A stretch of DNA of 64,000 nt from a virus: the IMG/VR virus record IMGVR_UViG_3300047325_000130, positions 1 to 64,000 of that record. The stretch is one strand, 5' to 3'. Shown one piece after another: positions 52,946 to 62,472 of this stretch. A program made the translations under genes and the position numbers. The notes beneath the pieces were generated by a model, which had not been told where the DNA came from, ran no database searches, and was given only the letters and a program-made list of their open reading frames with translations. The stretch's first letter is position 1. Each line of letters begins with the position of its first letter.

Positions 52946-54082
52946 CTAAGCCTCCAAAAATTTGCAACGTGTAACCAGCGTGCTTTTTACACCGCGGAAC
53001 TCATCGTGCTTCTTAACCGTACCTTTTAGCACTGCGGTTGTTCCATCCGCCGGCCCATTGGACGTAGTAGCAAACCAAGTCAAAACGTTTTGATTTTCAT
53101 CCTCGAACTTCCAAAGAATGCTTCCGGTGTCGAGAGGTTTACGAAGAAGCACCGTTACTTGTACTTCGATTTTATCACCAATCTTACCAATAAAATCAGA
53201 TACGTTAGTTTGCTTTGGTGCAGCATTTTTCTGGTTCATCATGTAAACGCCTACAATGCTTGCCGCAAGTCCAACTGACCGATTGGTAATAAATTCGGCA
53301 TCAGCAATAACACTGATATTATGCTCATAATCGTTCTTATCTTGTTTATCTGCAATCTGCTGAGCCCATTCAATTGCAGAAGCTGCAACGGCTTGATCTT
53401 CGGGGAGAATCTCTAGTTTAACAAAATCCTCAAATCTAGAATAGTAAAAATCAATTGCCATATCTGAGGTTGAGCGCATTCCGGTTTCAGTAGCCTTTTT
53501 ACGAGAAACCCAACCATATTTGCGGACAATTGCCGCGGTACATGCGGTGAATTTTTCCATATCGATTGTCGGAAAGTTTGGGGTAAAGGACTGTGCTGTA
53601 TGTAGTTTAGAAACGTCCTCCTGCATTTGACTAATAATTACAGCCAAGCGAGCCATTTTAGCAGGATCGTGTCCGGCACCAATAAAATCATTTAAACAAG
53701 TTTTGCCGACCTGTTTATAAGTGGTTTCGTTCCGCAATACATATGTGTTACGGCGAAACCGATTTACATGGCAATGTTCGCATACCGGATCCTCAGTCCG
53801 GAAATTTTCCGGAACGGTTTCGCACGGCATGCACCTGACAATATTACCTGTATCATGTGTATGATCAATTGTTGCAACAAAGTCCCAACCATTAATTTTG
53901 AATGCAGGGGTATCGATGTAAATTTTAAAAAATTCGCCTTTTGCAGGGCTAATTATGCGTGCAGAAACAATATATTGGATGTGATCAAACCCAAGCTTAA
54001 CAGACTTGCGGTCCACTTTAAGCATAAGAGTCTTGAATTTCATCAGATTTGACGCTGGAATTTCAAACTCAAAACGGCTCAT
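52946..54082 (-). CDS. Early protein with Cys/His motif and C-terminal OB-fold
   Basis: CEHC...RR....QVG.TCL; C-terminal KGTVKKH..FRG...TLVTRCK; AGGAG RBS and sigma70 promoter. Confidence 0.7.
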   Translation of the reverse strand: MSRFEFEIPASNLMKFKTLMLKVDRKSVKLGFDHIQYIVSARIISPAKGEFFKIYIDTPAFKINGWDFVATIDHTHDTGNIVRCMPCETVPENFRTEDPVCEHCHVNRFRRNTYVLRNETTYKQVGKTCLNDFIGAGHDPAKMARLAVIISQMQEDVSKLHTAQSFTPNFPTIDMEKFTACTAAIVRKYGWVSRKKATETGMRSTSDMAIDFYYSRFEDFVKLEILPEDQAVAASAIEWAQQIADKQDKNDYEHNISVIADAEFITNRSVGLAASIVGVYMMNQKNAAPKQTNVSDFIGKIGDKIEVQVTVLLRKPLDTGSILWKFEDENQNVLTWFATTSNGPADGTTAVLKGTVKKHDEFRGVKSTLVTRCKFLEA

Positions 54083-54104
54083 TTTCTGCTCCTATATCGT
54101 CCGC

Positions 54105-54139
54105 GTATAATAGCATATTGCAGCCAAAAGTCAACCAAA
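54105..54139 (-). promoter_or_regulatory. Early sigma70-type promoter, near-duplicate of 54852-54887
   Basis: TTTGG-TTGACT-N16(..TGC)-TATTAT. Confidence 0.7.
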
Positions 54140-54158
54140 TTTTGAACTATTTTTAAGC

Positions 54159-54443
54159 CTACAACTGCTTTTTAGGTTCGTATGCTATTGCAAGCTTTCC
54201 GGATTTTGTGCGTTCTGTTCCATAACCAATGATTTCGCCGGTATTACCGCCGATGCGAATTATAACATTGGTATCGGCATGTGCAACGCTAATTACTTGC
54301 GTTTGTCCGGTAATATACGTTCTATTCCCGCTAGCAGTATCAAACTCACGAATTGCCATCGCAACTTTTTTGCCAAAAGTTGGATCTCTCTCGATCTCAT
54401 CGAGGCGATCCAATAGAATAACTAAAGATGCATTAAAACCCAT
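54159..54443 (-). CDS. Hypothetical protein
   Basis: AGGAG RBS; 94-aa ORF. Confidence 0.65.
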   Translation of the reverse strand: MGFNASLVILLDRLDEIERDPTFGKKVAMAIREFDTASGNRTYITGQTQVISVAHADTNVIIRIGGNTGEIIGYGTERTKSGKLAIAYEPKKQL

Positions 54444-54504
54444 TGTAAAACTCCTATTTTATCGCACTTGCGAATTTGGACAATGTTTGAACTTTTTATT
54501 TAGG

Positions 54505-54849
54505 TTATGCTCCGGCCATTTCGCGTATATCGCTATTCAAAGTAGGTTTCAGTTGCGAAATAAGCTGCCGCTCAATTTTATGTGCAGGAGCTTTACCTCT
54601 CACAGTATCAAGTACTACAAAAGTAAAAGCTTCTGGACCATGCTCGCGTATAGCAACGCAAAGAGACCAATTCTTGTCTTCATTTATAGCGCGCCCAACA
54701 TGTTTAGCAAAGCGTCTACGGACACTTGCATCAATGCCGCCGTCTTTATGCGTTATGCCAATATAAAAATCCCCGTTTGGTGCTTCAAGCTGATAGATAA
54801 TGTGGGTTCTATCGGAGCGTTTTTTGCGGGGTTTAGCTTGCTTGTCCAT
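54505..54849 (-). CDS. Small GIY-YIG nuclease-family protein (leaderless)
   Basis: IIYQL...FYIGIT, RR..KH, E..LI....P.LN motifs; ATG 5 nt after the -10 box. Confidence 0.75.
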   Translation of the reverse strand: MDKQAKPRKKRSDRTHIIYQLEAPNGDFYIGITHKDGGIDASVRRRFAKHVGRAINEDKNWSLCVAIREHGPEAFTFVVLDTVRGKAPAHKIERQLISQLKPTLNSDIREMAGA

Positions 54850-54851
54850 TC

Positions 54852-54965
54852 CGTATAATAACATATTGCAGTCAAACGTCAACCAAAAAAACGTCCAATT
54901 TTCTCACAAAATTTCGATATTTTGAATGTTTTTTTGGTTGACAGGACGAAAATCCATGTTAAAAT
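54852..54965. promoter_or_regulatory. Divergent early promoters at the strand-switch point
   Basis: Minus strand: TTGG-TTGACG-N16-TATTAT. Plus strand: TTGG-TTGACA(54938)-N16-TAAAAT. Confidence 0.7.
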
Positions 54966-54986
54966 CCAAGCCTTGGAGAACTAAAA

Positions 54987-55373
54987 ATGCCATCTATTTT
55001 ACGCGATGATCAGCTAATACAAAAGCTTAAAATTCAGTTAAGGGCACAAGATAGTTATATAGCGTTTAAAAGCGCACAGAGCACCGTACAAGTGCGCGAA
55101 GTGCTTTTATGGTATAGTGACTACGCTATTGTTGCAGGTACTGTAGCAGACGATTTTCCAAGTGTTGGACCTGCAAATCCGGACGGTGATTGCTTAATTT
55201 GTGTGCCGTTTATGGATATTTTGACGATTTTAACGTCTATCGAATACAGAAATTTAGTATTGATATATCTGTTGAAACAGCTGAAGAGATTTGCCAAGAG
55301 TTTTGGAAGAGCGAATTATTTTTTAATTTACCGCCTATGCCTTGTGCTAAAGCAGTTCTTCCTCACCTTATAA
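54987..55373 (+). CDS. Hypothetical, possibly chimeric or degraded
   Basis: GGAG RBS. An overlapping frame reads FWKSELFFNLPPMPCA, resembling a 5'(3')-nucleotidase fragment. Confidence 0.4.
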   Translation: MPSILRDDQLIQKLKIQLRAQDSYIAFKSAQSTVQVREVLLWYSDYAIVAGTVADDFPSVGPANPDGDCLICVPFMDILTILTSIEYRNLVLIYLLKQLKRFAKSFGRANYFLIYRLCLVLKQFFLTL

Positions 55374-55380
55374 TGCATTT

Positions 55381-55498
55381 TTTGGTTGACTGTGGACAAA
55401 ATGGTGCTAGTGTCCGAGCGTAATTGAAATAAAAACAAATAACAATTTAGCATTTTGGTTATTTTTTGGTTGACCAATATGTCCAAAACTGCTAAATT
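55381..55498 (+). promoter_or_regulatory. Tandem early promoters
   Basis: TTGG-TTGACT-N16-TAGTGT (55386) and TTGG-TTGACC-N17-TAAATT (55470), both with TGC before the -10 box. Confidence 0.6.
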
Positions 55499-55550
55499 GG
55501 ACTTGTAAGACGTGCTTAAAACTTTCAAAACTTTTAAAAAGGAAAATCAT

Positions 55551-56006
55551 ATGTCGACTGATAAAAAGCTTTTTACGATTGCTGGTACTTCCGTTCATGA
55601 AGGTAAGCTGAGTGTTCGTGTTGCAACCGGTAAGATTTCTGTACGCGAAGGTGTGTTGCGCCGGAATGATCATACCGAAATTAAACTTTTTGAATTGCCG
55701 CAGCCGATGACGCGCGCGGATGCTGCTGCGTATATCGAAACGCTGAATGGTAACTTCCCTGCACCTGCTCCGAAGCCCGCAAAGGCGAAAAAGGAGAAGA
55801 TTGCAAAGGAGAAGAAGGAGAAGCTCGCAAAGCCTGCGAAGATTGAAGCGAAGGCAGTTAAGGCCGAAGTTGTCGAAGCGCCGCCGGCGCCCCTTGCACT
55901 AACTCCGGAGCAGAAGATTGCGGCGAAGCGCGAGCGTGATGCTGCTCGTAAGCGTGAGCAGCGTGCAAAGGCTAAAGAAGCTAAGGCGGAGGCTATTGCT
56001 GCTTAA
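55551..56006 (+). CDS. Highly expressed basic protein with histone-H1-like K/A/P tail
   Basis: AAGGA RBS, strong codon bias, two promoters and a terminator; paralog of 56596..56946. Confidence 0.75.
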   Translation: MSTDKKLFTIAGTSVHEGKLSVRVATGKISVREGVLRRNDHTEIKLFELPQPMTRADAAAYIETLNGNFPAPAPKPAKAKKEKIAKEKKEKLAKPAKIEAKAVKAEVVEAPPAPLALTPEQKIAAKRERDAARKREQRAKAKEAKAEAIAA

Positions 56007-56033
56007 AATACGCAAACAAACCTAAGGTTTTTA

Positions 56034-56063
56034 GAAAATGCTCCGTAATTACGGAGCATTTTC
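56034..56063 (+). terminator. 30-bp perfect palindrome / terminator
   Basis: GAAAATGCTCCGTAATTACGGAGCATTTTC. Confidence 0.75.
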
Positions 56064-56595
56064 ATGAGTAACATAGATTTTACCATGCGTTAACATGTAT
56101 CACCGTGAATTTAATGGGAGTGCGTAACAACCAAAAATCACATAAATTTGGTAAAATCAATTATATTTTTTGATATTTTTTGGTAAGTTTTTAAAATTAA
56201 ACACTATTTAAATAAAAACACAAAATCGTTATAAGCAAAACGAAAATAGATAGTTTGATTTACATTTAGTAAAATAGCAGTTGCTATCTATAAACTTTTA
56301 AAACACGCGAAATTTACATATATATTATTTTTCGCTAATACGAAAAAATTACTGTTTGTCAAACAGTTTGATGAAATATTACAAAATTTTAACTTGGAAA
56401 ATTAATTAAGGCTGTTACTTAAAGAGTATGGCACAGGTGAACCAAATGTTGGTTAGAATTTTGCAATAGACTGTTAAAAAGACTTGATAGTTTAAGTAAA
56501 AGAAACTAATATTTGGTTACTAAATGCTTACAACGATTGTGCATTATATGGTATAATGTACAAGTCAATAACAGACTATATACGGAGTAAGACTT

Positions 56596-56946
56596 ATGGA
56601 AAATACGGAAAATACGGAAAATGCTGAGCGCACCTTCAATGTGGTTGGGACCTCAATGCTCGAACGTCAACGTAAGCTACGGTTTGCGTCTGGTTCGGCA
56701 AGGACCCGTGCAAACATACTGAAGAGACACAATCACCGCGAAGTTCAGCTAATTGAACTTCCGAAGCCGATGACCAAGGCTGAGGCAATTGCGTGGTTGC
56801 AGAATAAAGTTGGTATCAAGCCGGCAGCTGATGTAGCTGATATAGATTTGAAGCAGATAGCTACCGGACTAAAGGAAGTGATGAAGAGCTTGCCGCCGCA
56901 GCAAGCACCAAAACGAGGTCGCCCGGTAAAAGAGACGACCGCGTAA
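56596..56946 (+). CDS. Paralog of 55551..56006 with AT-hook-like KRGRP tail
   Basis: Shared F.V.GTS...RFA.G...L.R..H.E..L.ELP.PMT(K/R)A domain. Confidence 0.75.
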   Translation: MENTENTENAERTFNVVGTSMLERQRKLRFASGSARTRANILKRHNHREVQLIELPKPMTKAEAIAWLQNKVGIKPAADVADIDLKQIATGLKEVMKSLPPQQAPKRGRPVKETTA

Positions 56947-56973
56947 CAGTAGTTACGTGACTTCCGTAAAAGG

Positions 56974-57002
56974 TAGGCGGCTTACTGGCCGCCTATTCTT
57001 TT
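56974..57002 (+). terminator. Intrinsic terminator
   Basis: TAGGCGGC-TTACTG-GCCGCCTA followed by TTCTTTT. Confidence 0.8.
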
Positions 57003-57157
57003 GCCTGAATTTTGAATACAACCATACCGTGTAAAAATTTGAAATACAACCATAAATATATTTGACAACTATTACATGTTAGACTAACTTCTAGTTAAGT
57101 TTGTGTAATTGCAAAAAATTAACAGACCCAACGGTTATAAAAATTGGGGTAGGTTGT

Positions 57158-57421
57158 ATGATTCGAAAATTTTCAACTGCGGTTACTAGCATTCAATATA
57201 ATGATGAAGACTTAACTAGAGTTTATATCGAGCTCTATGATAGAGCATTTACTTTAGAAGGACCGAATGCCGTTGTTCTTTTAAAAGAATGCTTTGTTGC
57301 CGTAAACATGTTTGCACATGGCGGTAATGAAGAATTTGAATTTGAACATGATAACTTTCATAATTGGCTAGACGATACTATTTCGGCATTAGTAGATATG
57401 CCGGCGATTGTTATGCATTGA
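57158..57421 (+). CDS. Hypothetical acidic protein
   Basis: ORF with G-rich RBS. Confidence 0.55.
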   Translation: MIRKFSTAVTSIQYNDEDLTRVYIELYDRAFTLEGPNAVVLLKECFVAVNMFAHGGNEEFEFEHDNFHNWLDDTISALVDMPAIVMH

Positions 57422-57543
57422 ATCTATGAAAGTTACTTCTAATCTTTTGAGGGCCAAATCATCAAAGCCTGACCTGCCATCGATTTACTTATTTGATAAT
57501 TGATCAAATAATAGCAAATATATATTTGATCAGGATTTATTGC

Positions 57544-57783
57544 ATGTTATTGTATTTCTTTTATATTGCTGCATCTGTTGTACTTCTATGGTTTTTTGTA
57601 AAAAACTATTGGTTTTTAATTTTTGGACGAAGAAATTCTGTCAATAAGACTGGGTTACCGGCCCACCAACGATATAGAAATGCTTTGCTAGACGAGGTTG
57701 CTAATGCCATTTCGTCCAAAACAGAATTAATGAATAGTAAATATTTTTCTGATTTTGTCCTGTCATTAAAAGACATTCAATAA
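57544..57783 (+). CDS. Small membrane-anchored hypothetical protein
   Basis: N-terminal hydrophobic helix; AGGA RBS. Confidence 0.5.
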   Translation: MLLYFFYIAASVVLLWFFVKNYWFLIFGRRNSVNKTGLPAHQRYRNALLDEVANAISSKTELMNSKYFSDFVLSLKDIQ

Positions 57784-57821
57784 TTGGTTTACTTTAGTAA
57801 TGTTTTATGCTACATTGTAGT

Positions 57822-58382
57822 ATGAATATTGTTGAAAAAATGGATATATTTGCAACAGCGGCTCATGCTGCTGTTGGACAGGTACGAAAATACACAGGTG
57901 AACCATATATTGTTCATCCAAGACATGTACGAGAAATCTTACTTAAATTTTGTACAAGTGAGGTTACTCCGGAAATGGAAGCAATTGCCCTTGGACATGA
58001 TGTATGCGAAGATACTGATGTAACAATTGAATTGATTGACGAAATTTTTGGAAAAGAAATTGCCGAAGGCATTGGTTGGTTAACTGATGTCAGTAAACCG
58101 AGCGACGGTAATCGAAAAGTACGTAAGGAAATTGATAGGCAGCATACCGTTCAAGCTCCGGTTAGATTCAAAAATATTAAAATATCTGACTTGATCAGTA
58201 ATACGTATAGTATACGCGAGCATGATCCAAATTTTGCCGAAGTGTACTTAAAAGAAAAAGCTGCATTGCTTGCGAGTTGTGATGATGCTGATCCCGGACT
58301 ACTAGCAGAAGCTCATCGAATTTTGACAGAATCGATTTCTATTTTAGAAAACGAGCGGTTACAAGCTTCTCTTAAGAAATAG
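57822..58382 (+). CDS. HD-domain hydrolase, RelA/SpoT (Mesh1/SAH)-like
   Basis: AH..Q.RKY.GEPYIVHP, HDVCEDT, LT, KISDL..N motifs; leaderless promoter. Confidence 0.85.
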   Translation: MNIVEKMDIFATAAHAAVGQVRKYTGEPYIVHPRHVREILLKFCTSEVTPEMEAIALGHDVCEDTDVTIELIDEIFGKEIAEGIGWLTDVSKPSDGNRKVRKEIDRQHTVQAPVRFKNIKISDLISNTYSIREHDPNFAEVYLKEKAALLASCDDADPGLLAEAHRILTESISILENERLQASLKK

Positions 58383-58578
58383 AATCGTAAAATTGTTCGG
58401 CTCTTGCGCGTGTAGCAAAGTTTTTTGTTTCCACATCTCGGTCACTATCCCATGTAACTGAAAAATGAGAACCTTCGTCGGTTAGTTGTTTAACTCCGAT
58501 TCGGCGCATGGTTCTAGTATCGTATAACGGATGTTCCTCTAGAACCGTACCTTCGATTATTAAATCTTTTACTTTCAT
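58372..58578 (-). CDS. Small late protein (MKVKDLIIE start)
   Basis: TAAATA at 58601-58606. Confidence 0.6.
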   Translation of the reverse strand: MKVKDLIIEGTVLEEHPLYDTRTMRRIGVKQLTDEGSHFSVTWDSDRDVETKNFATRARAEQFYDSIS

Positions 58579-58667
58579 ATTTTTATCCAAGTTAAAACTA
58601 TATTTATCTATCCAATAAAAGTTTTGCCTGGTTGATCTTTTATAAAAATTTTGTTAAATATATCGTT

Positions 58668-58832
58668 ATGAGTAAGAAATCGATATCGCGCGAAATTAAA
58701 ATCGCACCTATTCAAAAGCGGCGGCGCGCGATTGAACTCTTTGCGGTTGATTCTCCGTTTCGTGCAAAAATTACACCAGTTAAAAAGCCTTATAAACGTA
58801 AACCAAAGCATCAAAATCAACCTCCGGAGTAG
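58668..58832 (+). CDS. ArfA-like basic peptide (candidate ribosome rescue factor)
   Basis: AIELF..DSPFRAK....KKPYKRKPKH resembles ArfA PLFRQR...KGSYxRKxKH. Confidence 0.45.
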   Translation: MSKKSISREIKIAPIQKRRRAIELFAVDSPFRAKITPVKKPYKRKPKHQNQPPE

Positions 58833-58838
58833 GTAACT

Positions 58839-59066
58839 ATGATACCGATTGACTTGCAAAAAGAGTATTATAACAAAATTCGAAAATTTTGGAACACTGT
58901 CATTCCTGGACTAGAAGATCAAACTCTGGAGTTTGATATAAAAACATCAATTTTTAATGCTCTTCAAAAGCGCGGCCATTATGCTTTAGGTATTTCTGGT
59001 GGTCCGGACGATATACTTAATGCTTTACGTGACGACGGATTTGAAATTACACGTAAAAAGAAATGA
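58839..59066 (+). CDS. Hypothetical protein
   Basis: GGAG/AGG RBS; 75 aa. Confidence 0.55.
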   Translation: MIPIDLQKEYYNKIRKFWNTVIPGLEDQTLEFDIKTSIFNALQKRGHYALGISGGPDDILNALRDDGFEITRKKK

Positions 59067-59137
59067 TCCCGTCAAAGCCTTCTATTGAGGGCGCTTGGGG
59101 TGAGCGTATAAATAGTATATCATTACAAGGATATACT

Positions 59138-59770
59138 ATGTCGCACACCGAAGATATGAGAAAACTAATCAAGTTATTAGAAGCATCTGAACCATATGTC
59201 GGTCCGGACAAATACCTTCTTGACCCTGATGTAGAATATAGTGCAGAAGGTAAGAAAAAAGGCGAAATAAACAAAGTCGTTGCAAGATTAAAAAGTATTG
59301 CAAGCGGACGTTATACTCGTCTTGCAAATAATGTAAGAAGAATCGGTGAACTACAAACAGAGATTGAAAAATTAGATCAAGAAGCTAAAGAAGATGCTCG
59401 CGAAGCAATTGCTGATTTGTTTCATGCTAAAGATAGTATCTATACACGAGTTGTTGAGACTGTGAGTTTTGTAATCAAATTAACCGCTGATCCAAAACCT
59501 ACCACAACAGTAAAATATGAAAAAGTTTTAACTGATTTAGAACAACATTTGACTCCGCAACTACGGGTAATTTTAGAAGATCTTAAAGTCAAATATTCTA
59601 CTGAAACAACTAAAGCGGCTGCGTTAACTATTCAAGGCCCTGGGCCAAAAAAGAAAGTAGAAGAATCTTTTGAAAATGATCCGTTTGCAGCTTATCTTAA
59701 TAAGATTGAAAATTGGGCTAGGAAATATGATCAAGTTTTAGATTCTTTGGAAAACGAAGTCTTCAATTGA
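59138..59770 (+). CDS. Late coiled-coil protein, possibly virion-internal
   Basis: TATAAATA at 59107; AAGGA RBS; MRKLIKLLE N-terminal motif. Confidence 0.7.
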   Translation: MSHTEDMRKLIKLLEASEPYVGPDKYLLDPDVEYSAEGKKKGEINKVVARLKSIASGRYTRLANNVRRIGELQTEIEKLDQEAKEDAREAIADLFHAKDSIYTRVVETVSFVIKLTADPKPTTTVKYEKVLTDLEQHLTPQLRVILEDLKVKYSTETTKAAALTIQGPGPKKKVEESFENDPFAAYLNKIENWARKYDQVLDSLENEVFN

Positions 59771-59801
59771 CATTTTTAAAAGCGTAACATACGCTTTGTA
59801 A

Positions 59802-60245
59802 ATGTTGATATTATTAGTATATGTTTTTTTTATTTTAGCGATTGCATGTTGTAATTATTCAATAATATATAAACGCAATTATCCTGCTCGACAACTCAAA
59901 AAAGATTTAAAATCCGGGCAAGCAAAACATGTAGAATTATTTCATTGGAATGGTAAGATAGTAGCTGTTATTGCATATAAAATTAACAATATATGGGTTG
60001 CACCTTTCACTGACGGAACTTGTTATAAACAGCAGGACCATAAGTTTTTAGTAAAATTAAACGATGATGGCAGTACTGTACCATATACAGGGGAGAAGTT
60101 AGATTTTGTTAAATGTTGGTTACCTGTTGACGATGATGAAAAAATATTGATGTTACTTAAAAATGAAGACTATATAAGAAATCATTTTAAAAATATTGAT
60201 AATTCCTGGCTACACGAATCTTTTAGAAAAAGATATGGTAGATGA
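59802..60245 (+). CDS. Membrane-anchored hypothetical protein (leaderless)
   Basis: TTGACA-N17-TACGCT then ATG; N-terminal TM segment. Confidence 0.65.
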   Translation: MLILLVYVFFILAIACCNYSIIYKRNYPARQLKKDLKSGQAKHVELFHWNGKIVAVIAYKINNIWVAPFTDGTCYKQQDHKFLVKLNDDGSTVPYTGEKLDFVKCWLPVDDDEKILMLLKNEDYIRNHFKNIDNSWLHESFRKRYGR

Positions 60246-60788
60246 AAATTCTATTACTTGAAATATTTAAATTACTATCATCTATAATTATATCTATATT
60301 ATATATTTCATATATGGTATCAACATTACATTCTGGTTTTTATATTGGATGTATTATCACTATTGTATATTCGTTCTTATTGGTTTTTATAAACGTTAAT
60401 ACGTTTAAGAGAGTTAAACGAATTATACGACTTATAAAAGGTATAGAATATCAAGTAATATTGGTCGATTTCGATGGAGACTCGTATCTTGCAAGTGCAG
60501 TAAAAATTAAGGATGATATTTTTGCAAAATATTATTATTACACAGATAGCAATTACTTACGTTTATTAGATGGACGGCACTGTTCTTCACCCGGATTTAG
60601 ATAACCATCATATTAGCTTTTGGGAACCAGGTCATATTAGATTTTGGGAACCAAGTAGTATAGATGATAAAATACAGATGCGGTTAACTGTAGGCAATTA
60701 CATTGGGGATTATCTAATGTCATTAAATGACGGTGGTTACGAAATTAAAAAGAAGAACTTAAAAAAGTACTGCGGAAAAGAGTCCTAA
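60242..60788 (+). pseudogene. Membrane-anchored paralog of 59802, split by a +1 G
   Basis: LLD[G]DGTV at 60572-60573; 24-nt tandem duplication at 60608-60653. Confidence 0.6.
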
Positions 60789-60847
60789 ATTTGGTTGACA
60801 TATAGTTCAATGTATGCTATTGTGAACAACATATAAGGGGTTTAAAT

Positions 60848-62281
60848 ATGAAAACAGCGACCGATGTAATTGCAAAGCTTGAAGCTCATAATGGTAAACT
60901 CGAAAAAGAGCAAATTGTTAAGGATGCATTTGCAGCTGGTATTTTTGAGTTTTTTGAAGCCGCTGCAATGGCATATAATAAACTACGCAGTTTTGGTGTT
61001 AAGCAAGTTCCGCTGATTGAGGATGAGGACGAGCCCGGGTTTGTTTCAACTTTTACTTGGGATCATTTTAAGATACTTGTTGCCAAACTTGAATCTCGCG
61101 AATTGACAGGTAATGCTGCGCGGGATGCGCTTCGTGCCGCAGCCGATAAATGCACTGTTCGTGATTGGAATGGATTTTATCGTCGAGTACTTATCCGTGA
61201 TTTTAAATGTGGTGCGGGTGAGGGTACAATCAATCGTGCTCTTGCGGATTTAATGAAAGCAACAAAAGACAAGAAAATTAAGGCTGAATTGCTTAGGCAC
61301 ATGGTTCCTGAATTTAGTGTGCAACTTGCTAAGAACGGCGACGATCATCCAAAGAAAATGACCGGTATCAAATTGCTTGATCCCAAGTTGGATGGTTGTC
61401 GATTAACTACGATAATTGATATCGTCGATAAAACAGTAACTCAATATACCCGCCATGGAGCAATTAACGATCGCTTCACTAATATTACAACTGCACTTGC
61501 TAAACTAATCCCTCTTCTAAAACGTAGTGTTGTTCTAGACGGCGAAGTAGTTAGTCAAAACTTTCAGCAGATGATGACTCAGCTAAATCGAAAAACTGCT
61601 GACACGCGCGATGCTAAGCTTGCATTGTTTGATATTATCGCATTGGATGATTTTAAAAAGCTTCAAGACCCGGATCCTGAAGTAAAAAGTACTGCAAGCA
61701 AAATTACTCAAACAAAACGTCACGAAGAATTGGTCGAACTTATTCCTTTGTTGCAGCAAGTGTCAGGTGATACAGTTTACGTTATTCCTAAGTTGTCGGT
61801 AGATTTGAATACCGTCGAAGGACAACAGACCTTCAAAGAATTCAATAATACAACGGTCGCTGCTGGGTTTGAAGGTATTATGGTTAAGGATCCGATGGCG
61901 TCATATGAATGTGATCGCACATTTGCTTGGCTAAAAATAAAACCGTTCATTACCGTTGATCTAGAAATTATCGACGTTCTCCCTGGTAACGCAGGCAGTA
62001 AGTATGAAAAGACTTTGGGCCGACTTGTTTGTAAAGGTGAAGAACAAGGAAAGAAAGTCAAAACCAAGTGCGGTGGCGGGTTTAGCGACAAGCAACGTGA
62101 TGAAATTTGGACAGCATTTAAAAAGAATCCAAAGTCGGTTATTGGTTTAATTGTTGAGATCAAGGGAGACTGCTTGACCCTTAGTGCGGATGATGATTTA
62201 GATTTAGCAGAAGACGAATGGAGTGTACGTTTTCCGGTGTTTATGCGGTTCCGTGGGCAAGTACGGGGAGAAAAGATTTGA
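60848..62281 (+). CDS. lig: ATP-dependent DNA ligase
   Basis: KLDG motif I, LDGE, FDI, EGIMVK, WLKIK, OB-fold RFPVF.RFR; TTGACA-N17-TATTGT promoter at 60795. Confidence 0.95.
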   Translation: MKTATDVIAKLEAHNGKLEKEQIVKDAFAAGIFEFFEAAAMAYNKLRSFGVKQVPLIEDEDEPGFVSTFTWDHFKILVAKLESRELTGNAARDALRAAADKCTVRDWNGFYRRVLIRDFKCGAGEGTINRALADLMKATKDKKIKAELLRHMVPEFSVQLAKNGDDHPKKMTGIKLLDPKLDGCRLTTIIDIVDKTVTQYTRHGAINDRFTNITTALAKLIPLLKRSVVLDGEVVSQNFQQMMTQLNRKTADTRDAKLALFDIIALDDFKKLQDPDPEVKSTASKITQTKRHEELVELIPLLQQVSGDTVYVIPKLSVDLNTVEGQQTFKEFNNTTVAAGFEGIMVKDPMASYECDRTFAWLKIKPFITVDLEIIDVLPGNAGSKYEKTLGRLVCKGEEQGKKVKTKCGGGFSDKQRDEIWTAFKKNPKSVIGLIVEIKGDCLTLSADDDLDLAEDEWSVRFPVFMRFRGQVRGEKI

Positions 62282-62283
62282 AC

Positions 62284-62472
62284 ATGAAACTCCGGCATTT
62301 TTTGCAGACGGTTGTAAATCAATTTGAGAGTTATCCTGACGATGAAGTGCTAACGCTGGGTGATTGGCTTGAGTCCAACGACCCTGCCGAGCCGGACCTG
62401 TGTTTCCGGGGTGTTTTCAAAATTAAGGTGGGAGACTTTCGCGCTTGGCTTAATGAAACCAATGATAGTTAG
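62284..62472 (+). CDS. Small hypothetical protein
   Basis: GGAG RBS; operon continuation. Confidence 0.5.
   Translation: MKLRHFLQTVVNQFESYPDDEVLTLGDWLESNDPAEPDLCFRGVFKIKVGDFRAWLNETNDS

Noticed and set aside
54505-54849. Mobile homing endonuclease or intron
   Set aside because: A small stand-alone GIY-YIG gene with its own promoter; it does not interrupt a gene and no intron structure is visible.
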